A DNA stretch of 64,000 nt from a virus (taxonomy: Duplodnaviria; Caudoviricetes): the IMG/VR virus record IMGVR_UViG_3300028832_000112, positions 32,001 to 96,000 of that record, one strand, 5' to 3'. A model generated the notes under the pieces. It was not told the DNA's origin. It worked only from the letters and a program-made list of their open reading frames with translations, and made no database searches. The translations under genes were made by a program, and so were the position numbers. Below, piece by piece: positions 50,765 to 58,990 of the stretch (position 1 is the stretch's first letter; each line of letters opens with the position of its first letter).

Positions 50765-51622
50765 CTATAGTTCCTTGATATATTCGAGTAGTTCCTGGAC
50801 TTCCTTGTTCTTCTTTGCGTCCTTGCCCAAGAAAGTCATTGTGTGCAATGCCATATTCTTGGCGAATGTTTCAGACGTGCCGTACCAGCTGTTAAGGTTG
50901 TCGGAAATCTCGTCGAATGCCCTACGACCGTCGCTCGCCCACCTATCGTCTGCGACGAGCGGCTTCCATACCTTGTAGTACATTTCCATCTTTTGATTGC
51001 TAGAATCACTACGCCCGATGAGAAAACCGTCCTTGAACAAGTTTCCGTTGTATACATCTTTATAGTCGGATCCGCCCCATAAAGGAATAACGATGGAGGA
51101 ATGAGGCTTTCCCTTGCTGTCATAGGCAAGTCCGTTCACTTCTGCGAAGTGTACAGAAGCGGGTTTCAGTGAAATGCCTTCATCGTCGTAGTCGACTTCC
51201 TTCAGTCCGCCGTGGTCGAAGTTGAACTTCAGTGAGAAGTTTTCTCCCCAGCCGTCGGAAATCTGTCCGTCCAAGTCTTCTTTGAGACCATCAAGGTAGG
51301 GACGGATCGTTTTCTTGTTCATCAAGTCACTGGGCTTTCCGCAGCATAGCTGTTCGTCGATCGTCGCCATGAAGCAGACATATAGCTTTCCGTCCCTAAC
51401 GGTCACGTGCTGCGTGATGTCGATGACGTGAGCTCGCAAGTCCGGCAGCAAGTGGTGGAGACATTTTGCAAGGGACAGCTCCGTGTCGAATTCGAACACG
51501 GCCAGCTTTGTCTCGATTATGTCGATTAGCTTGACAGTCTGCTCGGCGGTAAGGTCTACCGGATATCCGTCCTCGTCTTCGATGTAAAACGGTGCTAGGA
51601 ATCTGATTTGGGTGTGGAACAT
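50765..51622 (-). CDS. DGQISDGWGE-motif protein (paralog of 30102-30869)
   Basis: shared motif; GAGG SD. Confidence 0.75.
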   Translation of the reverse strand: MFHTQIRFLAPFYIEDEDGYPVDLTAEQTVKLIDIIETKLAVFEFDTELSLAKCLHHLLPDLRAHVIDITQHVTVRDGKLYVCFMATIDEQLCCGKPSDLMNKKTIRPYLDGLKEDLDGQISDGWGENFSLKFNFDHGGLKEVDYDDEGISLKPASVHFAEVNGLAYDSKGKPHSSIVIPLWGGSDYKDVYNGNLFKDGFLIGRSDSSNQKMEMYYKVWKPLVADDRWASDGRRAFDEISDNLNSWYGTSETFAKNMALHTMTFLGKDAKKNKEVQELLEYIKEL

Positions 51623-51639
51623 ATTGGCCTCGTTATTGC

Positions 51640-52044
51640 TTACTCGTTGAGTTCATACGGGTTTTCGTAGCTTTCGTCACCGTGGTACAAGCGCAGCCAG
51701 CGAAGGGTTTCTTCCATGTCGACGTCAGGATAGTACTTCTTCCACGTATCGTATGCGTCCAGCGGCTTGTCTGGCTTCGTGCGTCTGGCGCATTCCCAGT
51801 CGAGGGCGGCTTCGAACTTGTTCTTGATGTCGCCGTTGCGGTAGTGGTGGCCAGACCATGCTAGGTGGAGCTTCTTGGTCAGCTTGAGACCGAGGATCGG
51901 ATAGAGGATTATCTTGTCCATGTCGTGAAACGGAAAGTAGAATCCCTTGTACAAGGCAAGCTGGTTCAGTGCCTTGCGATGGGCCCACGTGTACTTGACA
52001 TGGTCGATTCGTGCTTTGAAGATATTATTGATTGTCTTGAACAT
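51640..52044 (-). CDS. HD-domain (DUF5662-like) protein, leaderless
   Basis: H...FHDMDK...HHY...DWECAR; ATG 7 nt after reverse TATATT. Confidence 0.7.
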   Translation of the reverse strand: MFKTINNIFKARIDHVKYTWAHRKALNQLALYKGFYFPFHDMDKIILYPILGLKLTKKLHLAWSGHHYRNGDIKNKFEAALDWECARRTKPDKPLDAYDTWKKYYPDVDMEETLRWLRLYHGDESYENPYELNE

Positions 52045-52051
52045 GTCACCA

Positions 52052-52095
52052 AATATAGCAAATAAATTGACTTGTGTAATTGTTTTTGCTATATT
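52052..52095. promoter_or_regulatory. interlocked divergent early promoters
   Basis: TTGACT-N17-TATATT (+); reverse TGCTATATT with weak -35. Confidence 0.8.
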
Positions 52096-52102
52096 TGCTT
52101 GC

Positions 52103-52378
52103 ATGAATAAGAACTTCTGGATATTCTTTCTACGATACTTATGGGGTTGCTGCATCTCCTTTCTGTCGATGGCGTTCGTGATTTTATACGGAATTGCGTG
52201 GCTGGCTACGGTGCTGATGATTGCGGTCGCCGTCGTGCCCGATCTGATCGGCCAAGGACTTCGCTGGCTAATCTGCAGCATATACAGATTCTTTGGGCCG
52301 ACTTGCCGCGAAGGCGAGGACTTGAGGAATCCGTTGTCTCGATTCAGTAAATGGTTTCTGGAAAAGGTTAAGCTCTGA
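52103..52378 (+). CDS. small membrane protein (leaderless)
   Basis: long hydrophobic stretch. Confidence 0.65.
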   Translation: MNKNFWIFFLRYLWGCCISFLSMAFVILYGIAWLATVLMIAVAVVPDLIGQGLRWLICSIYRFFGPTCREGEDLRNPLSRFSKWFLEKVKL

Positions 52379-52935
52379 TGGGTGTAAAAATTATAGAATA
52401 CAAGGGAGCCAAGCTCCACTACAAGGAACGCTGCTACGAGCTTTACCGTATCTATCCTAGCGGCAAGGAATGGTTCTGCGGCTACTTCCGTAGTCAAGAA
52501 GACTACGAGATCGAGCTGGCTCGCTGCAAGAACGAGGAAGCTGGCCCAGATGAATATGTCATCAAGGAAGTTCCTTCCGCTGGTATTCCTGTAGCCAAGA
52601 TACACGACGTCGTCGAGGAGCGCAAGCGCCGCAACAAGGAAGCACGACAACGAGCCATCGAAGCCAGAAAGTGGGCCGAAGAGCGCAAGAAACTCATAGC
52701 AGACTGGGAACGCGAGGAGCGCGAATGGCGCGAGAAGCATCCCGGCCAAGCAAGACGGCTGATCGACCGTAGGTTTCCTCCGCTGTTCGATTGTCATGCG
52801 CTTCCGCCAGTTTGCACAACCCCAGACGGCATCTACAAGGCGCTTCGGTATCTTTATCCGGACTCCGTCAAGAAGTTCGTTAAGTCGACCGACTTTGCCA
52901 AGACGATCAAACCTCGTAGGAGGAAGAAACGATGA
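52378..52935 (+). CDS. hypothetical protein with capsid-N-terminal-like C-terminal motif
   Basis: LIDRRFPPL...TPDGIYKALRYLY. Confidence 0.7.
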   Translation: MGVKIIEYKGAKLHYKERCYELYRIYPSGKEWFCGYFRSQEDYEIELARCKNEEAGPDEYVIKEVPSAGIPVAKIHDVVEERKRRNKEARQRAIEARKWAEERKKLIADWEREEREWREKHPGQARRLIDRRFPPLFDCHALPPVCTTPDGIYKALRYLYPDSVKKFVKSTDFAKTIKPRRRKKR

Positions 52936-53405
52936 GCAGTGCTGGAATAGCGGCGGCGAACTGTGCGCTTGCGGCCATACATGCGCAGAAACGCCGAGCG
53001 GAAGAGGAAGCGGAAGAGGCTGCCAAGAAGTCGAACGGCAATCCGGAGCGGCATAACTGGTATGCTTCCTATAACGAGAGGATTGCTCAAGCTGGGTCGA
53101 TGATTTCTGGTATCGACAAGGAAATCCAGAATGAAACGGATCCCCACATGATCGAGTTCTTGAACATGCGCAAGGAATACTGGGAGCGACAAGCGAAATC
53201 GTCCATGCGTCAGCGCGACCAGATGATTAAGTGGGAACATGAACGCTGGGAACGAGAACGCAAGGAGATGGAACGGTTCCATCGTATACAAGCAATCGTC
53301 GACCCGATCGTTAATGTTGGATTTTGGATACTGGGGATTGGTAGTTTGTTTGGAATCGGTGTATTTATTTACTTTATGTTGAGGCCACTATGGACACACC
53401 TATAA
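52932..53405 (+). CDS. coiled-coil protein with C-terminal TM
   Basis: AGGAGG SD. Confidence 0.7.
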   Translation: MSSAGIAAANCALAAIHAQKRRAEEEAEEAAKKSNGNPERHNWYASYNERIAQAGSMISGIDKEIQNETDPHMIEFLNMRKEYWERQAKSSMRQRDQMIKWEHERWERERKEMERFHRIQAIVDPIVNVGFWILGIGSLFGIGVFIYFMLRPLWTHL

Positions 53406-54028
53406 TAATTGGACATCAGCCAGTAGGCCGCCGTATCGACAGCGTCACGATGGCGATGATCGACACTTATATGAAAAGCTACGAAGGCATCGACGCCAAG
53501 TACGACAAGCTAAAGCAAGGTACGGTGACTGCAAGCCGTGTAAAGCTTCGTGACACCTTGGCCGCAATTCCGCTGCATGAACGAACTCCGGAAGAAGAAC
53601 AGATGCTGGTTCGGCTGTATAACAGCGACATTTCCATTTACAAGCACCAAGAGGATAAGTTCAAGGAGTACGACGAGGTGTCGGAGAAGATTCGCAAGCT
53701 CGTCGAGGACGCCGTTCTGCACAAGTTCATCCGTCCGTTCGACCGGGAACATGAGTACATGTACGTTCAGCGTGTCTATATGGTTCGTTCGGCTGCAGCG
53801 CCTTCTCCGTACGAGTCTCTGTGGCTGGAAGGGCCGATGCTCCGTGTCAACAGTGTCGGCCATAAGGATCAAGCGGTAGTCGCAAACTTCCATTATCACC
53901 ACACTCAGCTGACACTTATCAGCATAGTCGACATCGAGGCAATCGAGAAGGACTTCAAGGACTACTGTGGCAACGTAATGTCTAACATCGACATCTTCAA
54001 GGTGTTGTGCGGAGGCGAAAATGAGTAA
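53390..54028 (+). CDS. hypothetical protein
   Basis: GAGG SD. Confidence 0.7.
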   Translation: MDTPIIIGHQPVGRRIDSVTMAMIDTYMKSYEGIDAKYDKLKQGTVTASRVKLRDTLAAIPLHERTPEEEQMLVRLYNSDISIYKHQEDKFKEYDEVSEKIRKLVEDAVLHKFIRPFDREHEYMYVQRVYMVRSAAAPSPYESLWLEGPMLRVNSVGHKDQAVVANFHYHHTQLTLISIVDIEAIEKDFKDYCGNVMSNIDIFKVLCGGENE

Positions 54029-54518
54029 GTGCGTATATGTACCAATCTACAACAAGATGTCTTCTGACATGGGAGACACCGGACTGCCGTTGATGGCTAC
54101 CAATCTTGACGACATAGGCTTGTTCTACATGCTGAAATCGGGGAATACGGTTGATGCAAAGACGGTGCCAGTCGTTACTGCCGAAAAACTTAGTGATAGA
54201 TTCATTCGTGGCCGCAACAACTATATCATCCAGAAGGAACTTCCCGAAGGCGAGATGGCAGATGCGCTGATTAAAAAGGTCGAGGAGTTCTGGGATGACT
54301 TTGGTGAACAGTTGAAGCAAGAGCTGATTAAGAAGATGCAAGACCAACTGTCTGAACTGTCGTCTGGTCGAAAGACGGCGACGAAGAAGACTGCCAAGAA
54401 GACGACTGCCAAGAAGGCGACCAAGAAAGTGTCGAGTAAGCCTCGTGCCGAGGAAGTCGACGATGATGGTAATGACTCGGAACCAGAAATCGACTTGAGT
54501 GAAATTCATTTGTCGTAA
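54021..54518 (+). CDS. hypothetical protein with histone-H1-like K/T/A repeats
   Basis: KTATKKTAKKTTAKKATKK followed by acidic tail. Confidence 0.75.
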   Translation: MSKCVYVPIYNKMSSDMGDTGLPLMATNLDDIGLFYMLKSGNTVDAKTVPVVTAEKLSDRFIRGRNNYIIQKELPEGEMADALIKKVEEFWDDFGEQLKQELIKKMQDQLSELSSGRKTATKKTAKKTTAKKATKKVSSKPRAEEVDDDGNDSEPEIDLSEIHLS

Positions 54519-54529
54519 GGAGGCTGATT

Positions 54530-54781
54530 ATGTTCGGAATCAAAGCAAAGGAACTGAAAGACGCATTGAAGGACGTGCCGGACGATTACGTTGTCCGTCT
54601 CGATGCTCAAGAAGGCTCGATTGCCATACCGGACTGCTATGACCGTATCGGTCGTACGTACAACCGAGGTGCTTACCAGCTTGACACGCGCTTGAGCGAA
54701 GTCAAGGGAGTCTCCGTGGATAACGACATGCAAGAAGTCGTGCTGGACGTGTATATCAACTTGGAGGAGACGAATGGCTGA
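54530..54781 (+). CDS. small hypothetical protein
   Basis: AAGGAGG SD. Confidence 0.7.
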   Translation: MFGIKAKELKDALKDVPDDYVVRLDAQEGSIAIPDCYDRIGRTYNRGAYQLDTRLSEVKGVSVDNDMQEVVLDVYINLEETNG

Positions 54782-55154
54782 TGATACGGCTGACCAGCTG
54801 ATCGAGGTAGAATTCAAGAATCTCAATGAGACCTTTATTTCTACTAAAGGTTCGGCCAAGGAAAAGATCGACGCGGTATTCGCCAAGTATCTCGGATTCC
54901 CCATCATGAGCGAGGCGGAATTCTGGAAGCACATGGCGTACAGCGTCGGCGAAAAGCTTGATACTGCGTGGCAATCGATGAGGCACGAACATGACAAGTT
55001 CTTGGCGTACCATCACGCTCTCGGAACGATGGCTAAATCATGCGATGTCGAGGAGCCCACACCGACGATTGTCCAGGGTGCTTGGGAAGAATGTAAGGTG
55101 GCGCGTCTAGCTCGTTATGATGCGCTTCGTAAACGAAAGGATGAAGAAGAATGA
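54774..55154 (+). CDS. hypothetical protein
   Basis: GGAGG SD. Confidence 0.7.
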   Translation: MADDTADQLIEVEFKNLNETFISTKGSAKEKIDAVFAKYLGFPIMSEAEFWKHMAYSVGEKLDTAWQSMRHEHDKFLAYHHALGTMAKSCDVEEPTPTIVQGAWEECKVARLARYDALRKRKDEEE

Positions 55155-55381
55155 AAGAGTTTGTTAGGAATCTAGGACGTAATTTGGGCTGGTTATTACT
55201 TATCACGCTCGCTTGCGTATTGGTTGCGGCTGTAGCCATGTTGCCGTTGGAAATCATGGGAATACTGACGACGTATTTCGGCGTTGAGTTTTCCGATGCG
55301 ACGTGGTTTGTTGCTTTGATGGTATGGTGGTGGATCCTTGGAGGAACCATCATGACCGTCGATAAAATGGACAAGAGGTAA
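55151..55381 (+). CDS. small 2-TM membrane protein
   Basis: two hydrophobic segments. Confidence 0.65.
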   Translation: MKEFVRNLGRNLGWLLLITLACVLVAAVAMLPLEIMGILTTYFGVEFSDATWFVALMVWWWILGGTIMTVDKMDKR

Positions 55382-55383
55382 AC

Positions 55384-56001
55384 ATGAAGAACACGTTAAT
55401 AGTTAACTTGTACGGTGGCCCAGGGACAGGCAAGTCGAGCGGCGCTGCATACATCTTCTCGAAGCTGAAGATGGCTGGTATCGACGCGGAATACGTGACC
55501 GAGTTCGCGAAGGACAAGGTCTGGGAGAACAACATAGAGGCGTTCAAGTGCCAGTTCTACATTTCTGGCAAGCAATCGTTCCGTATATCACGCTGCTTCG
55601 GCAAGGTCGATGTAATCATCACCGACTCACCGATCGTATTGGGCAAGATATACGCCGATTTGATTGGCCGTCCGCAGCTCGGATTAGCTTGTCTGGAAGA
55701 GGCTGACCAGTATCCGGCTGGCAGTACGATCGAAATCTTCTTGAGACGAGTGAAGCCGTATAATACCAATGGCCGCAACCAGACAGAGGAAGAGGCCAAG
55801 AAGATCGACGAGACGGTCAAGGAGCTATTGAGGGAACGCTCTAAGACCAAGCATTACGATGTGATGGAGTATGACGGCGACCAAGAAGGTTACGACCGTA
55901 TTTACCTATTCATCAAGGATTTGCTGGAAACTCGCGAATTGGTGCGTGTCGAAGGCGAACGCCATTCTAAGGAATGGGCCGACATAGGAGCATGCGGATG
56001 A
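55384..56001 (+). CDS. NadR-like/AAA_28 P-loop kinase
   Basis: GGPGTGKS, EYVTEFAKD, IITDSPI, GRNQT. Confidence 0.82.
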   Translation: MKNTLIVNLYGGPGTGKSSGAAYIFSKLKMAGIDAEYVTEFAKDKVWENNIEAFKCQFYISGKQSFRISRCFGKVDVIITDSPIVLGKIYADLIGRPQLGLACLEEADQYPAGSTIEIFLRRVKPYNTNGRNQTEEEAKKIDETVKELLRERSKTKHYDVMEYDGDQEGYDRIYLFIKDLLETRELVRVEGERHSKEWADIGACG

Positions 56002-56180
56002 ATAGGGTGATTGTCGACGGAAAGGAATACATGGTGACGAAGTCTGGCAAGTTGTTTCCGACTCCGCTACCACGTCTGAGTTGGCCGGACAGTCCTCGGA
56101 AGAAGACCGACGATGACGACCGAGAGAACCCATACGTTGTCAACCCATCATTTGTTCCAGTGGTGGATCCGGTGGAATAG
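55998..56180 (+). CDS. small hypothetical protein
   Basis: AGGAG SD. Confidence 0.55.
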   Translation: MNRVIVDGKEYMVTKSGKLFPTPLPRLSWPDSPRKKTDDDDRENPYVVNPSFVPVVDPVE

Positions 56181-56181
56181 G

Positions 56182-56206
56182 AAAAGGCGACCGAAAGGCC
56201 GCCTTT
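56182..56206. terminator. bidirectional terminator
   Basis: AAAAGGCG.CC-gaaa-GG.CGCCTTT. Confidence 0.7.
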
Positions 56207-56227
56207 ATTGTATTCTGGTATTGAAAC

Positions 56228-56683
56228 TTACTTGCCGTAGCCTTCCGGCATCGGCTGTTCTTCGATGATGACCGTCATTGGCTTGTTCATAGCACGTACT
56301 CGCTCGATATTGCACTTCACGCCGTACGAGTAGCCGTTCCAGAAGGCGATTGCCTCGTCGCACTCGTTGCACATGGCCTTGTCCTTCACTTGGTAGAAGT
56401 CCTCGCCAGTCTTGCCTTGCGATTCAGCCCACATGGACTTTACGCTGGGGAACTCGCACTTGCGCGGCTTCTCGGTGGAACAGTAGACCGTCACGTCGGA
56501 GAAGCCGTTCTTCTTGAGGTACATCTGAGCCAAGTGGTCGATACCGAAGCAGTCGCCCACTATCACTCGTACGTCCCTCTGCATGAGGGCGTCGAGGCAC
56601 TTCTTCATTTCGTCGTTGAGCTTCTTGATGCGTGACGAACCGGAAATGAACACGGTCGTCTTGTGCGGTGCCAAGTTAATCAT
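56228..56683 (-). CDS. SLOG superfamily (YspA/DprA-like Rossmann) protein
   Basis: VFISGS, IVGDCFGID.LAQ, KDKAM..CDEAIAFWNGYS.G. Confidence 0.75.
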   Translation of the reverse strand: MINLAPHKTTVFISGSSRIKKLNDEMKKCLDALMQRDVRVIVGDCFGIDHLAQMYLKKNGFSDVTVYCSTEKPRKCEFPSVKSMWAESQGKTGEDFYQVKDKAMCNECDEAIAFWNGYSYGVKCNIERVRAMNKPMTVIIEEQPMPEGYGK

Positions 56684-57047
56684 TGTTCGTATTCCATTCC
56701 TTCGAGTCGGCGAAGTACGGAGCCATCTGCTGTACTTCGTAGCACATCGGACGGTCGTTTTCCGACGCATTCTTTTTGCACTGGTTGTAGTATTCCGGGT
56801 CGTAGCGTCGAGCATGCTTGCGGAATCTGAGATAGAAGATTTCCACGAGAAGCTGGTACGCATGCATGCCGTCCTTGCCCTGCTTTTTCTTGACGCCGAT
56901 CTGGTAGTTCAAGCAGCGGCTGAGCTTCTTCGGATTTTCTTCTTGGAGATACTTGGAGCACTGCTCGTACTGTCCGCACATGAGCAACTTGCCGATTTTG
57001 CCGAGCGGTTCCATGTCTGGTTTGAAAAGGAAAGAAAAGAGTCCCAT
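56676..57047 (-). CDS. hypothetical protein
   Basis: GAGG SD. Confidence 0.65.
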   Translation of the reverse strand: MGLFSFLFKPDMEPLGKIGKLLMCGQYEQCSKYLQEENPKKLSRCLNYQIGVKKKQGKDGMHAYQLLVEIFYLRFRKHARRYDPEYYNQCKKNASENDRPMCYEVQQMAPYFADSKEWNTNND

Positions 57048-57077
57048 TGTATACCTCGTTGTTAAGTGTTTGACAAC

Positions 57078-57120
57078 AATATAGCAAAAAGATGACAAGC
57101 GGTCAACGATTTGCTATATT
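57078..57120. promoter_or_regulatory. interlocked divergent early promoters
   Basis: ATGACA-N17-TATATT (+), TTGACC-N17-TATATT (-). Confidence 0.82.
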
Positions 57121-57127
57121 TGTCTGC

Positions 57128-57670
57128 ATGAGCGATTATCAATTAACCATGCTGATTATCGGCATTATCATATTTATAGGCGTTGCCGTCATCGTCGGAA
57201 AGATTCTGTTCGATCGTTACTGCGACCGCAAGGCTCGCGATTGGCACATTAAGAACTTGTGCTGGCCTTACCGAGTCGTCCAGCTGGGCGGCGGCAAGTA
57301 TGGTCTGGAGCATTATTGCGTTCGGCATGTTCCTGGCCATACTGACCCAGACTATTCTCTGCTCGATGTCGAATGGACTCTGGTCAAGAAGTTTGATTTT
57401 CGCGCCGACGCCATGGTGGCGATGGATGAGGCCATGGCCGCAGTTATTGCCGAACGCGCCAGGGTCGCGTACAAGGAATGCAAGGACTTAATCAAGGCTG
57501 CGGAGAATGAAGTTGTCCGTGTTCTTGATTACAAGCCGACATACGCCTCGATCATCGAGGAGACCAAGACCATTGACTGTCCGTCGGTCGACGCCAGCAT
57601 GATTGACCGAGTGTGCAGTCCGAAATTCATGTCAAGACCAGATATCATGACGAAGAAGGGGCTAGTATGA
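57128..57670 (+). CDS. membrane-anchored hypothetical protein (leaderless)
   Basis: ATG 7 nt after TATATT; N-terminal TM. Confidence 0.7.
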   Translation: MSDYQLTMLIIGIIIFIGVAVIVGKILFDRYCDRKARDWHIKNLCWPYRVVQLGGGKYGLEHYCVRHVPGHTDPDYSLLDVEWTLVKKFDFRADAMVAMDEAMAAVIAERARVAYKECKDLIKAAENEVVRVLDYKPTYASIIEETKTIDCPSVDASMIDRVCSPKFMSRPDIMTKKGLV

Positions 57671-58116
57671 ACGAATACGAAGAACTGTTCAACAAGGTCA
57701 ACGAGCTTGGCGCTCAAGGCAAGTTTGTATTCATCGTGGACGCCGTTCACGAAATTACCGACGATGTCTTGCGTCAGAACGTAAAGGGCTGCCAGTTCCA
57801 GCTGTTCCACTTTACGACCATAGAAGAGACCTTCCAGTGGCTGACAAGGCTTATCGAACAGTGTACGGACGACGCGAAGTCGAAAATGGCTATCGTCCTT
57901 TACTATCTGGAACAGCTGGTCTCCATCCCGGTTCTGATCAACGCGCAGAAAGTCAACACCATCATGCGCATGATCATGACTCCGAACGGAGCTATCAGCG
58001 AGCAGAAGCACGCCACCATGGCCAAGCGCATGCTTGAGAATGTTCTCTCCCAAGCCGAAGCCGCTGGCGTGACTGTCGAACACATTTTTGATTATAAGGA
58101 GATTTCCAATGGCTGA
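57667..58116 (+). CDS. hypothetical protein
   Basis: ATGA coupling. Confidence 0.7.
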   Translation: MNEYEELFNKVNELGAQGKFVFIVDAVHEITDDVLRQNVKGCQFQLFHFTTIEETFQWLTRLIEQCTDDAKSKMAIVLYYLEQLVSIPVLINAQKVNTIMRMIMTPNGAISEQKHATMAKRMLENVLSQAEAAGVTVEHIFDYKEISNG

Positions 58117-58393
58117 TGAATCCAAGCAGCTTTCCGCTGACAATCCTATCGTAAAGATTGACTGGAACGAATTCCGCGAAACCGGATTGTTCCGCTTCGT
58201 CAATTCATTCCTTCACATCTTCGGCTACGTGATCGTAATTGAAGTCGGAGACGACGGTAAGGTCAACTCCGTCTATCCGGCCAAGACCATCTGGCGAGGT
58301 TTCCCCCAAGAGGCCATGACCAACTCGTACATAAAGGTCGCCGAGCTCATGCACCGCGACCACGAGGAAATCCTCAAGTTCGCCAAGGAATAG
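58109..58393 (+). CDS. hypothetical phage protein
   Basis: AAGGAG SD. Confidence 0.7.
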   Translation: MADESKQLSADNPIVKIDWNEFRETGLFRFVNSFLHIFGYVIVIEVGDDGKVNSVYPAKTIWRGFPQEAMTNSYIKVAELMHRDHEEILKFAKE

Positions 58394-58842
58394 TGATGAC
58401 GCCGTTCTTCGACTACGAGCGCGACCCGGTGCTCCGTGCGCTGACCGAGCACATCTGCCGTATACGAGTGGCTTGCTACAATGCGGCCACGCACGGCGGC
58501 ATTGATACGGATATCGATGCGCATAGGCGGTACATAGATATGTTCAACGCGACGGCGGATCCGTATTACCGGATGATGACGATGTACGTCGCGACGAGAC
58601 CAGGCTCGACGTACATTATGTCGGACGAGGAATTGAAACAAGTTAATAATGCCGAACGGACGTTTGCTCGCATAGCCGACGACTGCGGCAAGAGGATCGA
58701 AGATGAACTTTCTAGCAGAACTCAAGAGCCTACCGAATCCGGCGAAGTACCGTCAGGGAAGAGCCATTCGCTGTATCGAAGACTTAAAGAAGGCGTTGGA
58801 CGATGGGTACTATCTTTACTGGATAGATACCGAAGGAAATGA
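58393..58842 (+). CDS. hypothetical protein
   Basis: coupled to upstream stop; overlaps next ORF by 140 nt. Confidence 0.6.
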   Translation: MMTPFFDYERDPVLRALTEHICRIRVACYNAATHGGIDTDIDAHRRYIDMFNATADPYYRMMTMYVATRPGSTYIMSDEELKQVNNAERTFARIADDCGKRIEDELSSRTQEPTESGEVPSGKSHSLYRRLKEGVGRWVLSLLDRYRRK

Positions 58843-58990
58843 CTATCTCCGCCAGTTCGACTATGTCGGCACGTTTGGCCACACCAAGGCCGATGATGCC
58901 AAGCTGCACGAGATCGAGGAACATATCGCTCTTGTCAGCAAGCTGCACGAGATGCACACCCAGATAGCGAACGTGAGGATTGACAAATAG
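58703..58990 (+). pseudogene. 5' half of a gene interrupted by the TnpB element
   Basis: joins in frame with 60440 onward when the element is removed. Confidence 0.65.

Noticed and set aside
52045-52797. N-terminal extension of the 51640-52797 ORF
   Set aside because: Antisense to + strand genes; the likely start is 52044
27720-57120. AATATAGCAA...TTGCTATATT inverted repeats as MITE/IS ends or CRISPR repeats
   Set aside because: Explained by divergent promoters with 17-nt spacing; no TSDs and no regular repeat-spacer array
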